The notes below the pieces were generated by a model, which was not told the DNA's origin, made no database searches, and worked only from the letters and a program-made list of their open reading frames with translations. Shown here piece by piece: positions 29,418 through 41,797 of a stretch of DNA of 64,000 nt. The translations under genes and the position numbers were made by a program. This DNA comes from an uncultured Clostridia bacterium (GTDB taxonomy: Bacteria > Bacillota > Clostridia > TANB77 > CAG-508), in contig CANQTQ010000001.1 in the NCBI GenBank assembly GCA_947626765.1, forward strand, positions 28,122 through 92,121. Direction: 5' to 3'. Position 1 is the stretch's first letter, and the number at the start of each line of letters is the position of its first letter.

Positions 29418-29756
29418 TTATAAAAGACCTGCTTTCTTAAAAAGATTTATCATATCTTCTTTAATAATATGAAAATTTGCACTATTAACTGAATTTTTCT
29501 TATTCCATAAAAAAACAATATTATAACCCTTTTTTAAATCTTTTTGCAATAATCTATAATTTTCTCTAATTTTTCTTTTAATCATATTTCGTTTTACAGC
29601 TGTGCATGTTTTTTTAGAAATAGCAATTCCAAATAAATTTTTATCTTCTTTATTTTTTGTAATATAAATTGTTATTTGTTTACCTACATAAAATTTGCCT
29701 TGCTTTAAAACATTTTCAAATTCATAATTTTTCTTTAAGGTTTGCATTTTCTTCAT
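29418..29756 (-). CDS. rnpA: ribonuclease P protein component
   Basis: 112 aa basic protein; KKTCTAVKRNMIKRKIRE (RNR-type motif); follows rpmH. Confidence 0.9.
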   Translation of the reverse strand: MKKMQTLKKNYEFENVLKQGKFYVGKQITIYITKNKEDKNLFGIAISKKTCTAVKRNMIKRKIRENYRLLQKDLKKGYNIVFLWNKKNSVNSANFHIIKEDMINLFKKAGLL

Positions 29757-29772
29757 CTAATAATCACTCAAT

Positions 29773-29806
29773 TCAAAAAAGGTCACTTGATTTTTTATGT
29801 GACCTT
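29773..29806 (-). terminator. hairpin/attenuator between rpmH and rnpA
   Basis: AAGGTCAC-loop-GTGACCTT, flanked by an A run and a T run. Confidence 0.55.
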
Positions 29807-29811
29807 TATTT

Positions 29812-29946
29812 TTACGCACTTAGTTTTTTTCTACCTTTTGCACGTCTAGCTTTTAATACATTTCTGCCTGTTTTAGTTTTCATTCTTTTCATAAAACCAT
29901 GTTCTTTTTGTTCTTGTCTCTTTTTTGGTTGATATGTTCTTTTCAT
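29812..29946 (-). CDS. rpmH: 50S ribosomal protein L34
   Basis: Too short for the ORF track. Minus-strand translation: [52 protein letters not shown] upstream. Confidence 0.95.
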   Translation of the reverse strand: MKRTYQPKKRQEQKEHGFMKRMKTKTGRNVLKARRAKGRKKLSA

Positions 29947-30230
29947 TTTAGCACCTCCTACATTTATATAAAAACCATGAATATGGATTTTTTAACTTCA
30001 TAAATCATTAGACACAGTCACTTTGCATATTATACAACATTTATAGCATTTATGTCAATATTTATAATTAATTTTAATATTTTATTTTTAATAGTATTGA
30101 CTAACTCTTATGATTTTTGATATTATATTAAAATATAGGGATATAAGGTTTTTAAGACATTTTTTCAGTAATATATTTTATGTAAAGAATCTCACATTTT
30201 TGTTTATTTATAGGAGTTTATGTGGTTTAC

Positions 30231-30262
30231 TTTTCCACAGTTGTTGATAAGTATGTGGATAA
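30231..30262. promoter_or_regulatory. oriC left part: DnaA boxes upstream of dnaA
   Basis: TTTTCCACA (30231-30239), TGTTGATAA (30242-30250), and a perfect TGTGGATAA (30254-30262). Confidence 0.8.
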
Positions 30263-30302
30263 CTTTACGTAATAATTTTCTAAAGTGGAAGGATTGAATG
30301 AA

Positions 30303-31634
30303 ATGCAAAGAGCAGAAATAGATGAATTACTTACTAAAGCAAAAGATTTATTAAAATCAGAAGTAACAGAAATTTCATATCGTACCTGGATAAAAGATAT
30401 AGAAATTGAAGATATAACAAATAATACAATTATAATCCTTACACAAAATGGTTTACAAAAAAATATGTTAGAGTCTAGGTATTTACCTGTAATTCAAAAT
30501 ACATTCAATTTTCTTACAAATATAAGCTATGAAATTAAAATAATTTCAGAAGAAGAAAGAGTAGAAGTAAAAGATTCTCTGCCAGAATCTTCTCCTATAT
30601 ATGCAAATTCTAACTTAAATCCAAAATATACTTTTGACAGTTTTGTTGTAGGAAATAATAATCGTTTTGCTGCAGCAGCAGCTTTAGCAGTAGCAGAAGC
30701 TCCTGGAGAAGCTTATAATCCATTGTTTTTATATGGTGGGGTAGGGCTTGGAAAAACCCATTTAATGCATGCTATTGCAAATGAAATTTTAAAAAGAAAT
30801 AAAAATTTAAATATTTTATATGTCAGTTCAGAAAAGTTTACTAATCATTTAATTAATGCAATTAAAGATAATAAAAATGAAATGTTTAGAAATAAATATA
30901 GAAATATTGATGTTCTACTTATTGACGATATTCAATTTATTGCCGGAAAAGAACGAATTCAAGAAGAATTTTTTCATACCTTTAATACTTTACACGAAAG
31001 TGGCAGGCAAATTATTATTTCTAGTGATAGGCCACCAAAAGATATTCAACCATTAGAAGATCGTTTAAAAACTCGTTTTGAATGGGGATTAATTGCAGAT
31101 GTTTCTAGTCCAGACTATGAAACTCGTATGGCAATATTAAAAAAGAAAGCTCAATTAGAACATATTATTATTGAAGATGAAATTTTAGCAAATATTGCAA
31201 CTAAAATTGATTCTAATATTAGAGAGTTAGAGGGAACTTTAAATAAATTAATTGCAATGTCATCTTTAGAACACAAACCTATTACAATTGCACTTTCAGA
31301 TAAGGCAATTGCAGATGTTGTTTTACACAAAAATACTGTTCTTTCTACAGAATACATACAAGATATTGTTGCTAAATATTTTAATATTACAGTAGAAGAT
31401 TTAAAAGGGTCTAGAAGATCGGCAGATATTGCTTTTCCAAGACAAATTGCCATGTATCTTTGTAGAGATGTTGCTCAAATTTCAACTCCAAAAATTGGAC
31501 AAGCTTTTGGAAAAAGAGACCATTCTACAGTAATGCATGCTTGTAATAAAATATCTACAGAAATTAAAGAAAATTCAAATACAAAATTAATTGTGGAAAC
31601 TGTGAAAAATTCTTTATTTGAAGAAAATAGTTGA
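30303..31634 (+). CDS. dnaA: chromosomal replication initiator protein
   Basis: GGVGLGKTHL Walker A, LLIDDIQF, RELEG, C-terminal HSTVMHA. ATG 30303 is preferred over the track GTG 30285 on RBS spacing. Confidence 0.95.
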   Translation: MQRAEIDELLTKAKDLLKSEVTEISYRTWIKDIEIEDITNNTIIILTQNGLQKNMLESRYLPVIQNTFNFLTNISYEIKIISEEERVEVKDSLPESSPIYANSNLNPKYTFDSFVVGNNNRFAAAAALAVAEAPGEAYNPLFLYGGVGLGKTHLMHAIANEILKRNKNLNILYVSSEKFTNHLINAIKDNKNEMFRNKYRNIDVLLIDDIQFIAGKERIQEEFFHTFNTLHESGRQIIISSDRPPKDIQPLEDRLKTRFEWGLIADVSSPDYETRMAILKKKAQLEHIIIEDEILANIATKIDSNIRELEGTLNKLIAMSSLEHKPITIALSDKAIADVVLHKNTVLSTEYIQDIVAKYFNITVEDLKGSRRSADIAFPRQIAMYLCRDVAQISTPKIGQAFGKRDHSTVMHACNKISTEIKENSNTKLIVETVKNSLFEENS

Positions 31635-31732
31635 TATAAAAATAAAAAATAATATTTTTTAAAATTTGTGTTCTAAAAAATATTCGTTTGTAAAAAGAAT
31701 ATCAAATTCTTCTTACGGAACACTTAAATTAG

Positions 31733-31888
31733 ATTTCCACAATTACATGTGAATTTGTTGTTAATAACTTGTTGATAATTTATTTTCCACATAAAAAAAT
31801 TAAAACTGTAAATAACTTTTTTAATTTTCCACAAAATTATCAACAAAAAATTTATTAGGGACATAAAGGTTTAAATAAGTTTTCCACA
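31733..31888. promoter_or_regulatory. oriC right part: DnaA-box cluster between dnaA and dnaN
   Basis: ATTTCCACA at 31733-31741. TTTTCCACA at 31783-31791, 31825-31833 and 31880-31888. TTATCAACA-type boxes near 31769 and 31838. AT-rich stretches lie between them. Confidence 0.85.
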
Positions 31889-31957
31889 CAATTCACAACA
31901 CCTACTATTACTACTACTAAATATATTATTTATTATATAAAAAAGGGAGGAAATAAA

Positions 31958-33076
31958 ATGGAAATTATTTGTGAAAAGGAAAAAATCCTTAAAGCTATTA
32001 ATTCCGTAACTAAAGCTGTAGCATCTAAAACAACAATGCCTATACTAGAAGGAATCTTAATTCAAACAAATGATAAAGAAATTAAATTTACAACCTATGA
32101 TTTAGAAATAGGTATAGAATATATAATAGAAAGTGATGTTAAAGAGCAAGGAGCAACAGTTGTAAATGCAACTATGTTTAGTGAAATTATTAGAAAGCTT
32201 CCTGATACAGAAATTCATATTACTGTTAATGAAAATAATTTATTAGTAATAGAATGTGAAGGTTCTTTATATAAGCTTGCAACAATGAACCCAGATGAAT
32301 TTCCAGAACTTCCAAAAATAGAAATTGAAAATTCTATTGAAATTGAACAAAATAATTTAAAAGATATGATTAGAAAAACTATTTTTGCTGTTAGTACAGA
32401 AGAAAACAAACCTATTTTTACAGGATGTTTATTTGAAATAAAAAATAATAAATTAAATGTAGTAGCAGTAGATGGTTTTAGGTTAGCATGGAAAAGTAAG
32501 TTTTTACAATCTGCTGCAAATGACTTTTCTGTTGTTATTCCAGGCAGAACTTTAAATGAAATTAATAAGATTTTGATTGATTCTTTTGATAGTGTAAAAA
32601 TTGGGATATCTAAAAATCAAGCATTATTTGAAATGGAAAATTGTAAAATAGTAACTCGTTTGCTAGATGGTGAATTTTTAAATTATGCAAGTGTAATACC
32701 GGAAAATTGGGAAACAAGAATTAGAGTAGATAAAGCAAATATTCAAGACTGTTTTGAAAGAGTTAGCTTAATTTCAGCATCTTTAATAGAAAAAGAAAAA
32801 AAATATCCTGTTAAAGTAAATGTTGAAATAGGAAAAGTAACTATTTCTTGTACAAACCAAACTGGTGATGCAAAAGAGGAAATGTTTGTTGAAACAGAAG
32901 GCCAAAATTTAGAAGCAGGTTTTAATCCAAAATATTTCTTAGATGCTCTTCGTGCAATAGACGACCAAGAAGTATTTATAGATTTTGGTACAAGTATTTC
33001 TCCATGTATTATAAGACCTGTTGAATCTAATGGAGATTATATTTATATGGTATTACCTATTAGAATGAAAGAATAA
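31958..33076 (+). CDS. dnaN: DNA polymerase III beta sliding clamp
   Basis: 372 aa; three-domain clamp, MPILEGILI and LLDGEFLNY motifs. Confidence 0.95.
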   Translation: MEIICEKEKILKAINSVTKAVASKTTMPILEGILIQTNDKEIKFTTYDLEIGIEYIIESDVKEQGATVVNATMFSEIIRKLPDTEIHITVNENNLLVIECEGSLYKLATMNPDEFPELPKIEIENSIEIEQNNLKDMIRKTIFAVSTEENKPIFTGCLFEIKNNKLNVVAVDGFRLAWKSKFLQSAANDFSVVIPGRTLNEINKILIDSFDSVKIGISKNQALFEMENCKIVTRLLDGEFLNYASVIPENWETRIRVDKANIQDCFERVSLISASLIEKEKKYPVKVNVEIGKVTISCTNQTGDAKEEMFVETEGQNLEAGFNPKYFLDALRAIDDQEVFIDFGTSISPCIIRPVESNGDYIYMVLPIRMKE

Positions 33077-33094
33077 TAAAGAAAGAGAAAATAA

Positions 33095-34153
33095 ATGTAC
33101 ATAAATAAAATAAAATTACAAAACTTTCGTAACTATAAGAATCAAGAGATTGAATTAGATAAGAATCTTAACATTTTTTATGGAAATAATGCACAAGGAA
33201 AAACTAATATATTAGAAGCAATATTTTTATGTGCATTTGGAAAATCTTTTAGAACAAATAAAGAAAGAGAATTAATTTGTTTAGGAGAAGATGTTTTAAA
33301 TACAGAAATTAATTATCAAAAAAGTGATAGAGCTGGAAAAATAGAAATTGTTATTGAAACTAAAAAACAAATAGAAGTAAATGGCATAAAAATAAAAAAA
33401 CTAAGTGAATTATTAGGTAACATAAATATTGTAATATTTACGCCAGATGATATTCAAATTTTAAAAAATGGACCATCTGAAAGACGAAGATTTTTAGATA
33501 TGATGATAGGTCAATTAAGACCTAATTATGTATACAATTTAAACAACTATTTAAAGACTTTAGAACAAAGAAATAACTATTTAAGGCAAATAAAAGAAGA
33601 AAATAAATCAGAAGAAATGCTAGAAGTATGGGATGAAAAACTAGCTGAATATGCATTAAATATTTGTAATTATAGAATAGAATTTATACAAAAAATAAAA
33701 AATAAAATTGAAGAAATTCATTCAAAAATTACAAATGAAAAAATTAATATAGAATATATAACAGAATGTAGTAATAAAGAAAATTATTTAAATTTATTAA
33801 AACAAAGAAGAAAATTAGATATAATAAAAGGATTTACAACCAAAGGAATACATAGAGATGATTTTAAAACTTACATAAATGGAAAAGAAATTGAAATTTA
33901 TGGTTCGCAAGGTCAGCATAGAACAGCAGTACTTTCTTTAAAATTAGCAGAATTATATGTTATTCATGATGAAATAGGAGAATATCCAATTTTATTACTA
34001 GATGATTTTATGTCTGAACTAGATGAAAAAAGAAGAAAAAGTTTAATTCAAAACATAAAAGATACTCAGGTAATTATTACTTGTACTGATAAGATGAACT
34101 TAACAGATGGAAAGTTATTTTATGTAGAAAACGGACAAGTAAAAAATAAATAA
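33095..34153 (+). CDS. recF: DNA replication/repair protein RecF
   Basis: FYGNNAQGKTNILEAI Walker A, SQGQHRT signature, LLLDDFMSELD Walker B. Confidence 0.9.
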   Translation: MYINKIKLQNFRNYKNQEIELDKNLNIFYGNNAQGKTNILEAIFLCAFGKSFRTNKERELICLGEDVLNTEINYQKSDRAGKIEIVIETKKQIEVNGIKIKKLSELLGNINIVIFTPDDIQILKNGPSERRRFLDMMIGQLRPNYVYNLNNYLKTLEQRNNYLRQIKEENKSEEMLEVWDEKLAEYALNICNYRIEFIQKIKNKIEEIHSKITNEKINIEYITECSNKENYLNLLKQRRKLDIIKGFTTKGIHRDDFKTYINGKEIEIYGSQGQHRTAVLSLKLAELYVIHDEIGEYPILLLDDFMSELDEKRRKSLIQNIKDTQVIITCTDKMNLTDGKLFYVENGQVKNK

Positions 34154-34217
34154 AAAAACATTTGCAAAAAAGTTTTAAAATATGTTAATATATAAATTGT
34201 TTAAAGGGATGATAATA

Positions 34218-36353
<2,136 letters not shown>

Positions 36354-36361
36354 TATTTTTT

Positions 36362-36395
36362 AATAGCTAGTAGAAAATAAAATCTACTAGCTATT
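36362..36395 (+). terminator. 13-bp stem hairpin after gyrB
   Basis: AATAGCTAGTAGA-loop-TCTACTAGCTATT. No strong T run follows. Confidence 0.5.
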
Positions 36396-36859
36396 ATCTA
36401 ATAAAGCTAATATTAATTTACAGCTAAAACTCATATACCTAACTATTGACCTAATGTATATTACTATACAAATAAGCCATTTCACCAAATATATAAATCA
36501 GTTGCTCGACTATTAATATACCCTAAATAGCCATATTCATCCTAAAATAAGGACTAATAACAACCATTTAAAAATATAAAAATAATCTTAACTTCGAATA
36601 TATAATCTATATTTTCAACCATATATTTAATATCTATTTTCATTAAAGTAACAAAAATAAACTGCAAATATAGCTTAAATACAAATAATATATTCTCATC
36701 TCCGAATTAGTACCACCTAAAAGATTATTTTAAGCAATAATAACTCTTTGCTCGAATTTTATAAAACCAAAAACAGACCTTATAAAACTCTTAGTTCAAC
36801 TAATATTAACCTTATATTCTTATTATGTTAATTTAATTTTTTTTTATTCATAAAAATTT

Positions 36860-36914
36860 TGTCGAATTTTGGCATACGATTTTTCTTGACATTTTTTGCA
36901 CATGATAGTATTAT
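36860..36914 (+). promoter_or_regulatory. promoter of the VirB4 operon with an upstream Spo0A box
   Basis: TGTCGAA (36860-36866), then TTGACA (36886-36891), 17 bp spacer, TATTAT (36909-36914). Confidence 0.55.
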
Positions 36915-37096
36915 AAAAATAGTAATTACTACTTTACATAATTTTTTTCAAAAATTTTATTCTAGGAATTCCAATACTTTAAATTGAAAAATTTATTATG
37001 AAATTAAATTTATAATGCTAGCATTATCTTATTTTTTAACATGAAATGTACTAAAAATAAAAAATTGTATTAGCAAAATATAATAAAAGGAGGAAT

Positions 37097-37669
37097 ATGG
37101 AAAATAAAAAAAATTTAACAGTTCAACAATGGCTTCCGTTTGAAAAAATTTTAAATAATGGAATTATTGAACTAAAAAATAAAGAATATATAAAAATATT
37201 AAAAATAACTCCAATAAATTTTAATTTAAAATCGGAACTAGAAAAAGAAGCTATTTTAAATTCATATAAAATATTTTTAAAGACTTGTAACTTTTGTTTT
37301 CAAATATTAATTCAAAGTAATAAAGAAGACTTAAGCAAACATATAGAAAAAATAAATGAAAACTTAACAAATGAAAAAAATTCTATTCAGGAAATTTCTA
37401 AAAATTATATTCAATATATAAAAAATTTAAATCATGATAAAAAATCCTCTACAAAAAATTTTTATATCATTTTAAAAGAAAAAAATGAAAATAAAGAAGT
37501 TTTAAATTTTGAAAATTATGCTATAGAAAATCTAAATGATAAGTATTTTAAAATAAAGGATTGTTTATCAAGGTGTGGGAATATGGTAATTTCAATAGAT
37601 ACAAAACAAGAAGCTATTTCCATTTTATTTTCTTTTTTAAATTCCAGAATATATTTAAATCAAATTTAA
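37097..37669 (+). CDS. VirB4-like conjugation ATPase, N-terminal segment (ConE/TcpF/Tn916 Orf16 type)
   Basis: WLPFEKILNNGIIELKNKEYIKILKITPINFNLKSELEKEAIL matches the N-terminal region of Gram-positive VirB4 homologues. It ends at AUU-UAA (37664-37669). Confidence 0.65.
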   Translation: MENKKNLTVQQWLPFEKILNNGIIELKNKEYIKILKITPINFNLKSELEKEAILNSYKIFLKTCNFCFQILIQSNKEDLSKHIEKINENLTNEKNSIQEISKNYIQYIKNLNHDKKSSTKNFYIILKEKNENKEVLNFENYAIENLNDKYFKIKDCLSRCGNMVISIDTKQEAISILFSFLNSRIYLNQI

Positions 37670-37679
37670 AATAGGAGGT

Positions 37680-39572
37680 ATAAAAGTTATAAAAGACCTT
37701 TTACAAAAATTAAAAAATAAAATTATTAAAGAAAAAAACAATAAAGAAAAAAATAAAGCTCTTCCTTTTTTAGAAGGTACAATTTCTCAAAAAGATGAAA
37801 TAAGTCCATCGTATATTAATTTATTAAATCCGAAATATATTGAAATAGATAATATGTATTATTCTACTTTAATAATTACAAATTATTTTAGAGAACAAAC
37901 AGATTTACTATTAAAATCATTAATTGATGCTAATATTAATTTAAATATTTCAATTTTTTATGAAAAACAAGATACTTATAAAACAATTCGAGATTTAACA
38001 TATCATATTGGAAATGTTTCTGTAGATTTAAAAGAAAGCAATCAAAATAGGCAAGATATAGATTTAGCTGCATTTACATATAATGATGCAAAATATATTA
38101 GAAAAGAAATGCAAGTAAATAATGAGGAATTATATTTTTTATATATTTATGTAACCACATTTTCTAATGAATTAAAAGAATTAGAATATTCACTAAGCAA
38201 GTTAGAAGGCTTACTACAAGGAAAAGGCATGCAAACAAAAAGAGCATATTTTAGACAAGAGCAAGCATTTTTAACTTCACTTCCAATTATGCAAAACTCT
38301 AAATTTTTAAAAGAAGCTGCAAAAAGAAATATATTAACAAGTGGACTTATGTCAACATATCCATTTATTTCTTCTGCAGTATTTGATGAAGAAGGAATTT
38401 TAATTGGAACTAACATTTATAACAATTCTTTAGTTTTTATAGACAGATATAATACTGATAAATATAAAAATGCAAATATTTGTATTTTTGGAACAAGCGG
38501 AGCTGGAAAATCTTTTTATGCAAAATTGCTTATTTTAAGAAACAGAATAATTGGAATAGAACAATATATTATAGATCCAGATAGAGAATATGGAAATTTA
38601 TGTAGCAATTTAAATGGAACTTTATTAAAAATTGGTCCAGGTTCAAATACATATATAAATGTATTTGATATTAGAGAAGAAAGCATAGAAGAAGATGGAC
38701 AAGGATATTTAGCAAATAAAATAAGCAAATTAAATGGATTTTTTAACTTAATATTTGGAAATATAAATGAAGAAGAAAAGGCTATTTTAGAAGAAAAAAT
38801 AATTGAGCTATATGGAAAAAAAGGAATTACTTTTGATGATAAAACTCTATATAAAAAGCAATATGAAAAAATATATATTAAACCAATTTTTAAGGACACA
38901 CATGATATGCCAATATTAGAAGAATTTTATGAATTATTAGGAGAAGATGAAAGAACTAAAAAATTTCAAATTAAGTTAATTCCATTTGTAAAAGGTTCAT
39001 TAAAATACTTTAACAATTATACGAATATAGAACTAAAAAATTTGTTAATAGTAGCAGATGTATATGAATTAGGAGAGGATAATTTAAAATATGGAATGTG
39101 GCTTTGTATTGATCTTTTTTGGGATCGAATAAAGAAAAATAGAGAAATAAAAAAAGCTATTTATATGGATGAAATATGGAGATTAATAGGCATTACCTCA
39201 AACAAAGAAGTAGCAAGTTTTATTTATAAGATATTTAAAACAATAAGAAAATATGGAGGAAGTAGTGTAGCAATAACACAAGATATTTCAGATTTATTTA
39301 GTTTAGAAGATGGAACTTATGGAAAAAGTATTTTAAATAATTCACAAATAAAAACATTTTTTTCTTTAGAAGAGGAAAATATTAAAGTATTAGAAAAATA
39401 TACAAATTTATCAGAAAAAGAAAAAGTGGAAATTAAATCTTTAAAAAGAGGAGAATGTTTAATGTTTATAGGAAATGAACATATTTTAACAAAAATTGAA
39501 GCAGCAGATTTTGAAGCAAATATAATAAATGGGGGAATAAAAAATGAAAAAAATAATAACAGCAATAGGTAA
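37680..39572 (+). CDS. VirB4-like conjugation ATPase, central and ATPase domains (start uncertain)
   Basis: - SPSYINLLNPKYIEIDNMYYSTLIITNY, Walker A FGTSGAGKSFYAK, Walker B IYMDEIW.
- The frame is open from 37659, but there is no ATG/GTG/TTG before 37854.
- AGGAGG lies at 37673-37678. Confidence 0.75.
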   Translation: MKVIKDLLQKLKNKIIKEKNNKEKNKALPFLEGTISQKDEISPSYINLLNPKYIEIDNMYYSTLIITNYFREQTDLLLKSLIDANINLNISIFYEKQDTYKTIRDLTYHIGNVSVDLKESNQNRQDIDLAAFTYNDAKYIRKEMQVNNEELYFLYIYVTTFSNELKELEYSLSKLEGLLQGKGMQTKRAYFRQEQAFLTSLPIMQNSKFLKEAAKRNILTSGLMSTYPFISSAVFDEEGILIGTNIYNNSLVFIDRYNTDKYKNANICIFGTSGAGKSFYAKLLILRNRIIGIEQYIIDPDREYGNLCSNLNGTLLKIGPGSNTYINVFDIREESIEEDGQGYLANKISKLNGFFNLIFGNINEEEKAILEEKIIELYGKKGITFDDKTLYKKQYEKIYIKPIFKDTHDMPILEEFYELLGEDERTKKFQIKLIPFVKGSLKYFNNYTNIELKNLLIVADVYELGEDNLKYGMWLCIDLFWDRIKKNREIKKAIYMDEIWRLIGITSNKEVASFIYKIFKTIRKYGGSSVAITQDISDLFSLEDGTYGKSILNNSQIKTFFSLEEENIKVLEKYTNLSEKEKVEIKSLKRGECLMFIGNEHILTKIEAADFEANIINGGIKNEKNNNSNR

Positions 39573-40776
39573 TCCAACATTAAATGTAAACTTAAAAAAA
39601 GAAAATGAATTTGAAGTTATGTCAGAAGACATACAATATCAAGAAGGGATATTTGAATTTTTAGAAAAAGAGCCAAATATTAATTTTATAATTTTAAGTG
39701 AATTAATACCAGGAAATTTAGAAATAAAAAATTTAATAGAGAAAATAAAATTAATTAATAATAATATACAAATAATTTTATTTTTAGAAAAAGAAAATAA
39801 AGAATTAGAAAATTATTTGTATGCAAAAGGTATAAATTTTATTTTTTATAACAATGAAATAGAAATAAAAGAAATAGTTCAAATTATAAAAACAAATCAA
39901 AAAGAAGAAAATAATGATTTAAAAAAAGAAATAGTTGAACTTAAAAAATTATTAGAAGAAAAAAATGAAAAATCTAATGTAATTTTAGAAAATACCTTAA
40001 AAAAAGAGAAATTAATTAATATATATAATAAATTTTTTTCAAGAAAAAAAACATTAAAAGAAAAAACAAAAGAAATAATTTGTGTAAGTGGAACAAGTGG
40101 CGCAGGCAAGAGCATATTTACAGTTAATTTAGCAAAATCAATAAATAAAAATAAAATTTTAATTATAGATTTTGATGTTTTAAATAACAGTTTACATACT
40201 ATTTTAGGAGTAAAAAAATATTCTGAAAAAATAATAAATAAAATGGAAAATAAATCAAATGAAATAAAAATAGAAGAATTAATAATAAAAATTAATTCTA
40301 AAATTGATTTAATATCTGGTGTTAATTTATTATTTAATTCAAATTATAAAATTAATAATGAAAAAATAAAAAATATTTTAGATACTTTAGCAAAAAAATA
40401 TAATGTAATTATTATAGATACATCTTCTGAATGCTTTTTAGATTTTACAAAAGAAATTATGAAATTATCTAATTTAAATATTTTTATTTCAGAAACAAAT
40501 TTATTACAAATAAAAAAGGCAAAAAAATTATTGAATATATATATTAATAAATGGAAAATACCAATTAAAAGTTTTTACATTATATTTAATAAATATGATG
40601 TAAATTCTATAGATTTTTCTATATTAAAAAATATATTTTCAGATTTTAATATTTTAGGAAAATTAAATAATGATTCAAATTATAATTTAATCATTAATAA
40701 AAATGCCATAGGAAATATAAATAGAAATTTACAAAAAGAATATTTAAAACTATATAAAGATTTAATAAAAAATTAA
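39544..40776 (+). CDS. TadZ/CpaE-like ATPase (pseudo-receiver N-domain plus MinD/ParA-fold ATPase)
   Basis: CVSGTSGAGKS P-loop, ILIIDFDVLNNSLHTILG, YNVIIIDTSSE. The N-terminal ~120 aa look like a receiver domain. It overlaps the VirB4 end by 29 nt. Confidence 0.6.
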   Translation: MKKIITAIGNPTLNVNLKKENEFEVMSEDIQYQEGIFEFLEKEPNINFIILSELIPGNLEIKNLIEKIKLINNNIQIILFLEKENKELENYLYAKGINFIFYNNEIEIKEIVQIIKTNQKEENNDLKKEIVELKKLLEEKNEKSNVILENTLKKEKLINIYNKFFSRKKTLKEKTKEIICVSGTSGAGKSIFTVNLAKSINKNKILIIDFDVLNNSLHTILGVKKYSEKIINKMENKSNEIKIEELIIKINSKIDLISGVNLLFNSNYKINNEKIKNILDTLAKKYNVIIIDTSSECFLDFTKEIMKLSNLNIFISETNLLQIKKAKKLLNIYINKWKIPIKSFYIIFNKYDVNSIDFSILKNIFSDFNILGKLNNDSNYNLIINKNAIGNINRNLQKEYLKLYKDLIKN

Positions 40777-40833
40777 TTATAAAATTAAAAATATAATAAA
40801 TAAAAAAGTAATAAAAATAAAAGGAGAATAAAA

Positions 40834-41586
40834 ATGGAAAATTTATTAAAAGAGGAAACTAAACAAAAAGCATTAAATCAAGAAATAGAAAAAAATGAAA
40901 CAAATGAATTAGTTACAGAAAAAGAGCAAACTGGATTTTTAAATTCTACTATAGGAAAAGTAATAAATACAGCTATAGACTTAGGTTTAAGATGGATGTT
41001 ACCAGATTTTGTTGAAAATCAAGTAATAGATGTAAAAAATAGTTTAATAAAAGGTGGTTTAAAAGAAGGAATTAACAAAGCAGTTGAAAGTGGAATTGAA
41101 TTAGGAAAAAGTGTAACGGGTATATTTACAGGAAAATTTGAAAATATTTCTCAAGCACAAAATGCAATAAAAAATGGTGGAATTATTGATGGAGTATCTA
41201 ATGTATTAGATACTGCTATATCTACTAGTATAAAAAATGGCTGGTTGCCAATAAATGTAGCTAGTTTAATTAGACAAGGAAAAAATGTAATACTAGATAA
41301 TATTAGTACAAATATTGAAACTGAATTTGTAAGTCAATTAGATAATGTAGAAAAGTTAGGAAAATATGAAAATAATTGGCGCAATTATTATAATTCAAAA
41401 GACTTTGACGGAATGGAAAGAGAATATCAAAAAATAAAAGATAGGTTAAAAGAATTATTACCTTTAGAAAATACTATTAAGCAAGCAAGAGAAATTGAAA
41501 ATATACATTTATTAATAAAAAATAATGGACATGATTTTAATTTAAGTCAAGAGCAATTACAATTAGCTGGAATATTAACTGCATAA
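40834..41586 (+). CDS. hypothetical protein (250 aa)
   Basis: Good RBS (AAGGAG), last gene of the operon before gyrA. No motif recognised. Confidence 0.45.
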   Translation: MENLLKEETKQKALNQEIEKNETNELVTEKEQTGFLNSTIGKVINTAIDLGLRWMLPDFVENQVIDVKNSLIKGGLKEGINKAVESGIELGKSVTGIFTGKFENISQAQNAIKNGGIIDGVSNVLDTAISTSIKNGWLPINVASLIRQGKNVILDNISTNIETEFVSQLDNVEKLGKYENNWRNYYNSKDFDGMEREYQKIKDRLKELLPLENTIKQAREIENIHLLIKNNGHDFNLSQEQLQLAGILTA

Positions 41587-41797
41587 GTTTTATTATATTA
41601 AAATTATTTGCTATTACTTAAAGCCTAATATTTATGGCAAAAATAAAAAAATATTTTAATAAATAGATAGATACTCTAAAATTTGTAATTTATTTTGAAT
41701 AGTAATTAAATAGCATTTTTCTTCTACTTTTTACTTGCATATTTTTTTCCATTTTAGTATAATTAACAGGTAAGAAAACAAGAAAAGAGGTATAAAA

